Source: Narcine bancroftii (lineage: Eukaryota). From it: a stretch of DNA of 64,000 nucleotides. The notes below the pieces were generated by a model. That model ran no database searches and had not been told where the DNA came from. It worked only from the letters and a program-made list of their open reading frames with translations. Shown here in pieces: positions 37,201 through 49,200 of the stretch. Positions within the stretch are counted from its first letter, which is position 1. Each line of letters begins with the position of its first letter. The translations under genes were made by a program, and so were the position numbers. The DNA lies in assembly GCF_036971445.1 (NCBI RefSeq), contig NC_091470.1, forward strand, positions 140,802,001 through 140,866,000. The letters run 5' to 3'.

Positions 37201-40200
37201 CCAGTCCACTGGAAAGGGCATTTCATTGAATCTATCCAAATAATCCCATTCTGACTCTTGGACTGTCTAAATCTTATGAGCTTTAATTTTTCAGACTTAT
37301 CTCTTGTAGCAAAAAGCAAATGAGGTACTAGATGAGTATATATATTTTTTTTAAATCATGAGGACTAAAAGAAGACACAACTGCTTGGTGTTCAGAAGGA
37401 TGAGTGGGGGGAAGGGGGCATTTTGAATGCTGAAAGACCTGGACAGAGTAGATGTGGCCAAGTTGTTTCCCATGATAGGGGAGTCTTGGACAAGATGGCA
37501 CAACTTCAGGATTTCAGGGTGCCTATTTAAAAAGGAGATGCAAAGGGATTTCTTTAGCTAGAGAGCGGTGGAATTTGTTGCCACGGGTAGCTGTATAGGT
37601 CAGGTTGATGGGTATATTTAAGGCAGGGATTGATACATATCTAAATAGTCAGGGTTTCAAAGGTTATGGGGAGAAGTCCGGGAGTGGGACTGAATGGGAG
37701 AATGGATCAGCTCACAACAGAATGGTGGAGAAGACTCGACAGGCCAAATTACTTACTCCTATATCTTATGGTCTTTTCCCAATTAAAATTCCCTTTAAGT
37801 CAAAAGGCCAGAGGCACATTGAATCATTCCAGGTGTAGGAATAATGGAAATAAAAACAAAAATCAATGCAAAAAGACTGCAGGTTTGCACCACCTGTTTT
37901 ACACGGTGGCACAAATCAAAGTACTCTTCCCATGAAGCAATTGCTGAGTTTGTTGATTCTCTGTTGTTTGTTCATGTACCTCTCTGGGGCACAGACATTG
38001 CACAGATGAGAAGGGGCTGCCAGCTGAATATGAGGCAGGTGTTCATTAGCACTGTGTAAATTACCCAGCAACCCCAGAGAGGGGCTAAAAATACCCACGT
38101 CAGCACTTGTCAACAACTGACCCGGCCCCTTGCATCCCACGCGGCATAATCCTCCGTGTTCTCTTTGAAGGTGATTAGGTAACTTTTCATGGTTAGTGAT
38201 TTTAATTTTTTTATTTAAAAAATTGTAACGAAGCTGCCACTGAACAAACAATCCTTTGAAATAGAGGGTCTGGTCAGGACTGACCAGACTTGTCCCAGAT
38301 CTTGTGAATGCCCAACATCACTGATGTTTCCAATGACCAGTCTAACAAATGTGGTCTTGAGAAATCGAGGTGATGGGGAACAGGGATAGGTGGAGCTGAG
38401 TCCCTGGCCAGATCAGACATAATTACGTTGAAAGCCAGAGCAGGCTCAAAGAGTATATTCCTGCGCTGTTGGGTGCCTGGATGAAGTAAGAATCCACTCA
38501 GACAAACTGAAAAAAAACCCAAAGTTTTTGTAAAAGCTAAATGTGATGCCTCAATTTTCCTGACACAGATTGGCTCCAAAAACATGCGATGGAAATATGT
38601 TGTGCATGAAGTCAATGAACACGAGCGTGGCTTCCCATTCATAGAACAATACAGGACAGGGACAGTTTTATATAGCTGCAACTTGACTTCCTTACTGTTT
38701 TACTCAATGCTCCCTCCCCCCTAGTAAAGCCAAGTGTATCATTCACCTTCTTTACCACCCTAACCACTTTTATGGCTGCTTTCTATGATCTAGGGACCTC
38801 TGCACATCACCAGGACTAAAGGAAGCAAATCTAATCATGAGGCCTTCAAGAAGAATGGTAAAATGTGCAAAGGTGTTTTGCAGGTGCATTATCAATCATC
38901 ATACCTTGACTTAGAGTTGTACAACATTTTATGAAAGAAAGACAGAAATATGGTCAAAGATGTCATGGAACATTCACTCAAACCTCTTGGAGCAAAGAAG
39001 GATGAGAGATTAATTAATAGAGGTTTGCAAGATTATAGATAAGGAGGAGAGCCAGCATCTTTTTCCCAGGGTGGGAGTAGCAAATACCAAATGACATCTG
39101 TACAAGGTGAGGGCAGGGAAGTTCAGGGAGACATCAGGAATGTTTTTTATACAGAAAGTTGTGGGTGTCTGGAATGTGTTGCTAGGAGAGGTGGTGGAGG
39201 CTGCAACAATAGAGGCATTTAAGAGACTCAGACAGACACGTGGATAGAAGGTTACGAGGTAGGGAGGGTTTAGATTTTTTTTGGTAGGTGTATATTGGCC
39301 AGCACAACATCGAGGGCCAAAGGGCCTGTACTGAGCTGTAATGTTCTATGTCCTATTATAATAATTGGATGGATCTGAGATTCTTCAATGCTTTGGATCA
39401 CTACCCCAGCATTCAGTCCCCAGGCTCAAACAGTCAAAGGCAGAGAGGGCAGTCATGCTAATGAGAGAGGGACTTCTCCCACCCCTGCTCCTGACCCAGA
39501 AGGAGCAGCAGGGCTGTGGCCTTGTAATCTAGCCAGATCCAATCTGCTCCTTTCTGCCAGATCTCTGTCCCAAATCTCTGCTCAATGACTTCTATCACAC
39601 TGCCTCATACCCCACTCCCACATCCATGGGCTGACGATGTTGAATTTTTCATTTGTTGAATTGCTTGCCTTGTGTTTTTCCATCTGCCTTTCCCTTTCCC
39701 TCATCGACTGCATGTGATGTTCACTAACTATAGCTTTGAAATTTCTTGCCCACAGTCCATCCAAAAAAAACATCCCAACTACAGTGACATGAAGGAAGAC
39801 ACTGTCTGGTCGATGGAAGACCTTAACAAGTATATTAATGAGAAGTACATGGAAGCAACATGTCTCCCGAAAGACTGGGTCTTCACTGTTTTTGCAGTAA
39901 GTGTTTCCTTTCTGATGTTTTTGCTCAGATGCTGCTCGAGAATCCATGATTCACTGACTCCATGCTTTTTCTTAAAAGCTGTCAAATAGAACCATTGATG
40001 AAACTAGAACAATTTGTTCCATTTATTTAAAAAAAAATCAAGGCACCATATCTGGAGCATGAATGGTCTCAAACCTGATGTGAATCGGCACCTCCCAGCA
40101 TCTGAGTTGTGGAACAGTGGAATACTGCACTGGTGATGGATGTTGGACCATGCATTTTGGGCAATATAATGTGTAATCTCATGTTCCAAGTTGGGATTGC

Positions 40201-43200
40201 TTCATGCAGTTCTGTTATGCTGTTGTGGTTTTGTGCAGAGGTCCTGGGCAGCTCATTAATGTAAGTTTTCCACCAGAGCTCTTAGAGCTGAGTGAGGTGA
40301 GCCTTTGGACACTGAAATATCCCTAGTTTTCTCCATCTGAGTAGAGGTGAGCTGTTTTATTATACCTGATGTGCTCAACCCACATGGAATTATTATAATA
40401 GAGGCTCGGCAACTAGGAAACACAAGGGTCAAGCTCTTTGTCCCAGGGTGGGAAAAGCCAATCCTAGAGGACATCTGTTCAAGGAACTTGGAGGAAAGTT
40501 TAGGGAAGACATTAGAGGTAGGTTCTTACACAGAGTTGTGGGTGTCTAGAATGTACTGCCGGGGGTGGTGGTGGAGGCTGGTACCATAGGGGTAATTTTA
40601 AAGGTTCTTAGACAGGCACATGGATGTAAGAAAAATGGAAGTTTACGGATGTTGGGGAGGGAAGGTCAGCTAGATCATAGAGTAGGTTTATATAGGTTGG
40701 CACAATGTCCTGGGCCCAAGGGCCTATGTTCCCTGACTTTGGAATCTGAGAAATGTAGATCAGGGATTTCTACCAACAGACATGCATTTCTGTGGCCCCT
40801 TTCTTAATTTTCACCATGTACCAAGACACTTTATAGGTAATAATGTATTTTTGAAGAAGTTATTATCAGCATGAAGGAAACAGCTCAACTAATTTGTATC
40901 TATCAAGCTCCTACAAACAAGGACTTTAAAAAAGCCATATGATTTGCTTTGAGAATATATTGCCCAAAACTTCAAGGAAATGCCCTTGCTTTTCAGAAAC
41001 TTCTGCAGAGTTTGGTATGGTACCACAGTAATTGCTCGGATCTTTTCCAATCACTATGAGAAGCAGAGCGCCTATATTTAATGCTTCATGCCAAGGACAC
41101 CACCTCAGCACTGAGGCACTCTTTCAGTGCTGCACGAGCAATGTTAGTCTCTTGAGCTAGGTTCCAGATCTGTAATTAAATCTACACCCTCTGCCTCACC
41201 GACAGCTTCTATTGTAACCTTCAAGAGGGAATGAGGTAAATATCTGCTGAAGAAAAAATGACAAGGCTAGATAGAATGAGCAGGATGTGGAATTAGTCAA
41301 TTGTTCTAATAAAAACTTGGCTTAGACACGATGGGTTGAACAGTCTGGTGTACCATTACCATTCTATAATTCTGGAATTGAAAATATGGGATGGAGCTTG
41401 AAAGTGTAGTGGCAAGCAGAGAATGTTTTTGCATGTGAGGAAATGAAACTCGTAGCTGAATGGGAAAGAACGATGAAATGTCATTGAAAGTTTCCCCCTT
41501 CCCTTGCAGAAGAGAATGCAGCAAATCATGAAGCAATGTTTCTCTGCTGTCAAGGGCAAATTGGAATGTAAACTGGGCTATTTCAACCTATTGGGCTGCG
41601 ACTTTATCATTGATAACAACTTCAAGGTAATCCCCCTTTACATTCAACTCTGTTATAACCTGTGGTTCATTCCAAAAGTTAAGGCATCTGGATGATTACA
41701 GGATACAGGAGTATCAGAGCCAGCACCACCAGGCTGAGGAACAGCTTCTTTCCACGGGTAGTGAGAATGCTGAATGATAGGGAACTGCTCACACTGACCA
41801 TCTGAGACCCTCATCTTTACAAAACAATATTTGTTTATTTATTTCTTTATTTGCCCTGAATATGTATTGCTTGTCTGTATGTGTGTCATGTTTGGTTGTT
41901 TTGCACAGAGGACCGGTGAACGGTGTATTTGTGCAATCAGGTGACAATAAACTTGACGGTCCAAAAACACCTCTACCTGTTCCCAATGTTTTCTTTGCCA
42001 CAGTTTTCTCAGCCCCACTGCTTGGCCTACTCCCCACAGCCTTTGATGCCCTGGCTAATCAAGAACATATCAATCTCTGCCTTAAATACACCCAATGACC
42101 TGGCCTCCACAACCGCCTGTGGCAACAAATTCCTCTAGCAAAAGAAATTCCTCCACATCTCCTAAGTGGATACCCTTCAATCCTGAATGTGCCCTCTTGT
42201 TCTGGACTCTCCCACCATGGGAAACAACCTTCTTGCATCTACTCTGTCCATGCCATTCAACATTCCAAATGTTTCACTGAGATTCCCCCCTCATTCCAAT
42301 AAAATCAGGCCAAGAGCTGTCAAACACTCCTCAAATAAAAACCCTTTCATTCCCATTTGCAACATTACCTTACACACTTGAACTCAATCCCCTGACTGAT
42401 GAAAGCCAGTATACCATTAGCCTTTTCTACACCTACTCTGTCCATGTCTTTCAATATTCCAAATGTTTCCATAAGATTCCCATTCCTTCTCCTAAATTCC
42501 AACAAGAATAGGCCAAAAGCCATCAAACTTTCCTCAAACGAAAACCCTTTCATTCCAGGAATCATCCTTGTGAACTTCTGAACCCTCTTTAATGTCAGAA
42601 TTGAGGAGCCGAAAGCTGCTCACAACACTCTGTGAGGTCTCACCAGGGCCTTATAAAACCTCAACATCACATCCCTGCCTCTATATTCTAGTCCTCTTGA
42701 AATTGACGCCAGCATTGCATTTGCCTTCTTCACTACCAACTCAACCTGCAAGTTTCCCTTCAGAATATCCTGCAAGAGGACTCCCAGGTCGTTTTCAATT
42801 TTCTACCCACTTAGAAAATAGTCTTTGCCCATTTATTTTTTCTACCAAAATGTGTGACCGTCCACTTTCCAACATTGTTTTTCATTTGCCACCTTTCTGT
42901 CTGTTCTCCTCACCTGTCTCCTGTTTCCTCCGTACTACCTGCTCCTCCAGCATAGTGCAGAAGATAAGGTTTTGTCTTCTCACTCAACTGACAATAAACC
43001 TTCCATCCACTATTTGAGTGGGAGCAGAGATGGACATGCCTGCCACTGGAGCTCAGAATAGTCAGCCCAGAACTTTATGCATTGAGGAATATTGGTTATG
43101 TTTGGAGTGAAATGTCGTAGTGTGATTTGATCAAAATTCAATGACATTTGCACAATTTCTGGCCCACGTGCATTTCTAGGCCCATATAGGGCTTCCCCAG

Positions 43201-46200
43201 AAATCAGGTTGCGTTGATTGGAGGTAAAAGCACCCAGAAATGCTGGAGGAATTCAGCTGATTTCCCAGCATCTGAAGGAGATAAAGATGTATTACAGATG
43301 TTTCGGGCCTGAGTACTTCTTCAAGATATAAGGCAAAAGCAGGTCAGGGACTCACCCTGCTTGAGAACTCAGCCCTGGCCTGGATTGGCTGGTTTCCATT
43401 GATATAAATTCATAATTTACATTACTTTGCATGTAAACTCGAATTCTTGCCATGTAATGTGTGGGCACTGGTGCCCTCTAGTGGAGGTGGTAACACCAAG
43501 ACAACAGTAAAGTGAACAAGAAAATCGGCAGTTACTGGGGTTGAGTGCAGTACCCAAATGTGCTGGAAAAACTGAGCAGGTCACACAGCATCCAGAGGAA
43601 GTACAAGCCTAGGCCCTTCAACAGGTACAAGCAAAAACAGACGTTCCTGAATAAAATGGTGATGGGAAGAGGGAAGAGGAGAGGATGGAGGAAGGGGCAG
43701 GCTGAGGAGCACAGGCTCAGGCACAGGAGCATAGGTATGAGGTGGATACAGAGAAAAAAGCTGAGTAGTGATGGGGAGAGGGTAGGTATCTGATAGGAGT
43801 GGAGAGGGACAGGGAAAGAGAGGGTAGAGAGTTAACAGAAATTGGAGGTCGATGATACTAGATGGAGATTGACCAGACGGAATATTAGCATTTGTTCCTC
43901 CAATTTTTGGGTAGCCTTGGTTTGGCAATGCTTGAAGCAAAGGTCAGGAACAAAGGTGTGTGGAATTAAAATGATTGGCCATTGAGAGGCCCAGACCTCT
44001 ATCTGCTGCAACAGACAAAGTCCTACCCCAGCCTCTGGCTCCATTCCTTTTCCAGGATATTTGAGACCACGACACCAAATTACCTATTCCACTTACAAGT
44101 AATCTCAGAAAATCCAAGCTCAGACCCTGAACCCTGGGATCAGGTTCATTCACTAAACATCTCCATCGCCTAATTTATTCATCCTTTGCTCCTTAAATAC
44201 TCCCTCTGGGTTTGAATCTCTGGTTGTCTGCCCCAATATATCACTGTGCAATGGCATTAGTATCAAGTGTTTCATGACACATAGAACATTACAGCCTTTG
44301 GCCCTTCTAGTTTGTGCCAATCTACTATTCTTCCTAGTCCCACTGACCTGCACCTATCCCTCCAAACCCCTCCTATCCATGTACCTGTCAAATTTTTTCT
44401 TAAACGTTAAAATTGAGCCCTCATTCACCATTTCAACTCGTTCCACACCCCCACCATTTTCTGTGTAAAGTAGTTTCCCCTAATGTACCCCCTAAACTTT
44501 TCCCCATATACTCTTAACCCATGTCCTCTGGTCTGTATTTACCTACCATCCGTGTAAAAAGCCCATTTACATTTACTCTGTCCACCCCCTCATAATTTTA
44601 AATACTTCTATCAAATCTTCTCTCATTCTTCTATGATCCAGGGAATAAAATTCTAACCTGTTTAATCTTTCCTTGTAAATCAATTCATTGTCCCAGAAAC
44701 ATCCTAGTAGATCTCTTTCAATCTTATTGATATCTTTCCTGTAGTTAGGTGATCAAAATTGCACACAATACTCTGAACTTGACCTCACCAATATCTTGTA
44801 CATCTTTACTACAACATCCCATCTCCTCTACTCAATACTTTGATTATGAGGACCAATGTGCCAAAATACTCTCTTTACAACTTTATCTACCAGTGACGCC
44901 ACTTTCAGGGAATTATGTCTCTGTACTCCCAGATCTCTCTGTTCAACCGCAGTCCTCAGTGCCGTACTGTTTACCGTCTATTTTTTTTAAATTTAGATAT
45001 ACAGAAATGGTAACGGGTCCTTATGGCCCACGAGCCCGTGCTGCCCATATACCGCAATTAACCTACAACCCCCGTACAATTTGAAAGGTGGGGGAAAACT
45101 AGAGCACCCAGAGGAAACCAACACATACATGGGAGAACATTACCCTAACCACTACACTAACTGCGAACTGTCTTGGGTAAACTTATACCTCTCATTTTGT
45201 TCGTTTTAGATTGGTCACAGTGTTTGAGCTACCGAAAGAAAATAGACACACACACCGAGAGCAGTTCAGTTTATACAAATGTTTATTACTAATTCAAAAG
45301 CTGATTTCACAATACAATATGCAAGCCCTTCCCAACTATACTTATCAATGCTTGGACTGGTCCCAACTGCCAAAGCGAGGCAACGACTGCACACTTGTAG
45401 TAGGTTGTCAGGGCGCTCGGAGCAGCTTCTCCACCTCCCCCGACCGGGACGTTGCTCAGACTCTGGCTGTTCTTCCTTCTTGACAAGGGGTGTTCCCACC
45501 CCTCGGAGAGTCTAAACTTCAGCAGCAGGACCACAGGCTTATATACCCCAAAAACAATTAATCATGCGCCTACTCCTTCTAACATTTGTCAGTCAAAATC
45601 AAAACTGAACATTATATTCTACAATTTAGAAGATTAATTATTATGGAACCAGGATGTTATGATTTCCTGATTTATCTCGTAGATACAAAGACTTATTAAA
45701 ACTTCTCGAGCAAGACAGGTTGTGACCAATTTGTCAATTTCAGAGTGTTGCATTTGACAACTGCTTTCCCTGGGCCTCACAGTGGAATTCCATTTCAAAG
45801 TGTATCTTCAGATAAGTCCCCATGGCTGAGTTTAATTACATCTGCTAGTTCTGAAAGTAAGGTGACCTGGATGTGGACCCAGTGTCGTCAGTTCCACATA
45901 AGCAAAAAGCATCTGGGTACATGGTTTTAATCCTCCATTACACCAACCCATGATGTATGTCCTACCTTGGTTTGTTCTTCCAAAATGCAACACCTCACAC
46001 TTATCTTCATTAAATTCCATCTGCCATTTGCAACCCATTTTTCCAGGTGGTCCAGATCCCTCTGTAAGCTTTGAAAACCTTCCCTACTGTCCACTACGGA
46101 CCAGCCATTCTCAAAGGGGGCCATACAACCCTCCTTGGGGGCCAGAGCACATTTAAGGGGGGGCCACAGACTGAAATCATAAAATATTTTTTATGTTTTT

Positions 46201-49200
46201 TATGTCGTCATTGGGAAAGACATATGGAAGAAACCAACTAAATGAGTGCTTCACAGGGAAGAGGGTAGATAAACTTTGAGCAGTCCTAAGGGGGATGTAG
46301 CTGAAAACAGGCTGAGAATGGCTGGACTGTGCCTCCAATCTGCAAACTTGCTGATCCAATTTACCACATTATCATCCAGATCATTGATATAGACAACAAA
46401 CAACAATGGTCCCAGCACCAATCCCTGAGGCACACCACTAGTCACAGGCCTCCAGTCTGAGAAGCATCATCTGCTTCCACTCTCTCTGGATTCTCCCATA
46501 TGGCAATGTTGGGACTGAACATCTGAACCTTCCTGACTAATCTCCCATGTGGGACCTTGTCAAAGGCCTTACTAAAGTCCATGTAGCTCATTGAAACTCA
46601 GTAAAAACACAATGCTGAATAAACTCTGCAAGTTACACAGCATACTTTATAGAGCAAAAATAAACATAAATAATCAACAATTCCTGCCTGAGCCCTTCAT
46701 CACGGTATGAACAAAATGTAGGCAGGTGCCCAAACAAAGCTGGTTGTATATCTTTATCTTTGGTCTATGAAGTGCTCCGTTTGACCTGCTGAATTTTTCC
46801 AGCTTTGTGTTTTTAACTTGTGTTTTCCATCAATGATGTATCCATGGGAAGATCTGCCAGACTCTCCGTGTGCACATTAGTGTGTATTCTGGTTGCCTCT
46901 CAAAAGTTGGGGGTCTGCATTAACTTAAGGCATGGTGCCTGCCACATTGACCACCATCAGTGGGCTGATATCGCCTCAAACCGTGCATCTTGGCGCCTCA
47001 CAGTTCGGCGGGCAGCAAAATCCTTTGAAGAAGACCGCAGACCCCACCTCACTGACAAAAGGCAAAGGAGGAAAAACCCAACACCCAACCCCAACCAACC
47101 AATTTTCCCCTGCAGCCGCTGCAATCGTGTCTGCCTGTCCCGCATCGGACTTGTCAGCCACAAACGAGCCTGCAGCTGATGTGGACTTTTACCCCCTCCA
47201 TAAATCTTCGTCCGCGAAGCCAAGCCAAAGACAAAGAAGGCATGATGGTATGTGGTTCATTCCTTCAGCATTGGAGTTATCAACAGCTGTAATAAATGTC
47301 TTTTCTGGACAATGTTCATCCAGCTGAGTTTACTCATCCTCTGCAATATACAAAGCACCTGAGGTAAGAGTCATATCGGTGGCTCTGGAGCCTGAATAGG
47401 TACATTATTTGTTGGACATTTGTAACCAATTGGTTTTTTTGCAGTAATTCTCAGGGTTCATGCTGACCACACTCCATAATGGTGTTCACATTTATCTCAC
47501 CTTTCCTGAATTTGTCTCCAATGCTATGACAAGGCTGTAAATCTTCTAGCAACACCTGTTCTGTAGGTGGATTCTAACAAAATGCTGCAGTGGAATTTCC
47601 TGAAGTCCTTGCTGATGTATTTTCCCCCACGACTCCAAGTGGAGAAGTCGGACTGCCTGTTCAACAAGTAGCAATCTTAGATAGTGGTTTATTGGTTCTG
47701 ACATCTATCTCCCTTGGAAAGGTCTCATCTGATGAATTCATAAACTTTGCACATTCAAAACTGTGTTAGGTGAGTGATCTCAATCTGAAATAATGATTGA
47801 TACAAATAGATTTTAAAAACCTTAGACCAGTGGTTATCAACCTTTTTCTTTCCACTCATATACCACCTTAAGTAATCCCCATGCCATCAGTGTTCTGTGA
47901 TTAGTAAGGGATTGCTTAAGGTGGGATGTGGGGTGGGGGGGGGGGAGAGAAAAAGTTTGAAACCCATTGTTTTAATTGTCCCTCATTGACTCGTTATGTG
48001 CACGGTTTCATAACTCCAAAGGAAATGGGCCAATGACCATTTTTCATCAACCAAAATATTTCAGTAACAATTGGGTCTACATCAGTGGTTCTCAACCTTC
48101 CCTTCCCACCCACATCCCACCTTAAGCAATCCCTTACTAATCACAGAGCACTAATGGAATAAGAATTATTTAAAGTGGTATGTGTGGAAAGAAAAAGGTT
48201 GAGAACCACTACCTTAGGCACAGAACTGGAAACAAATCAAGGCTGAATCTGAAGCAGACATAGGGATGGAAATGAGAGGGTGAACCTATAAGGAGAGACT
48301 GAGTTGCCTGGGATTGTACTCATTGAAGTTGAAATGTAAATTTAGACATACAGCATGGTAACAGGCCCTTGCTCGTACCAACCAATTGACCTACAGCCCC
48401 AGTACATTTTTTGAACAGTGGGAGGAAACCAGAGCCCTCAGGGAAAACCCATGCAGACACAGGGAGAGCATATAAATTCCTTTCAAGAATGTGGGATTCA
48501 AACCCTGGTCCTGATCACTGACACTGTAATGACATTGTGCCAACTGCTACACAACCTTGCCGTAGAATTTAATGAAGACCATCTTTAGAAAGTTGACGAT
48601 AATCATATAAAGACATATAAATTATGAAAAAAATTGAACTCTCACAAATTGATGATTGATGAAACTAGAACTCAAGATTCAGGGGAGTAGATTTAAGACA
48701 GAGATGAAGAGGAACTGCTTCTCCCAGAGAAGAGTGAATTTGTGGAATTCTCTGCTCAATTAAGTAGTAAGGGTTGCCTCATTAAATGTATTTAAATCAG
48801 ATATCAGATACTATTTATTGACATGTTTTAAAACTGAAATGTAATATTGCACAAGGTTTCCTGTAGTATGCCATAAGGCAGACAAAGATTCTCCACTAGC
48901 ATTGCTTGGTGCCCCTTACTGTCAGAGAAAGAGATGCAAGAGTATACCCTCGAGGTCACCGAGTATTTGTGGATTTACCTCCAGCCTCTGCAGTCATACA
49001 AACCTCCATTTAGTTCAAACCATCAGCAACCCGAGCCCAGATCCAAACCTCCAACACGATGAGGAAGCCTTCAGCACCCAGGGGATTTGGGAGCCCTTCT
49101 TGCCCTCAGCACCCTCTCCAATCTTTGTTCTGATACCTGGTTCCCATAAGCCAGTCTCCAGCAACCCGCAGTCTGGTGTGTGAGAGTCCTTTGACCTTGT

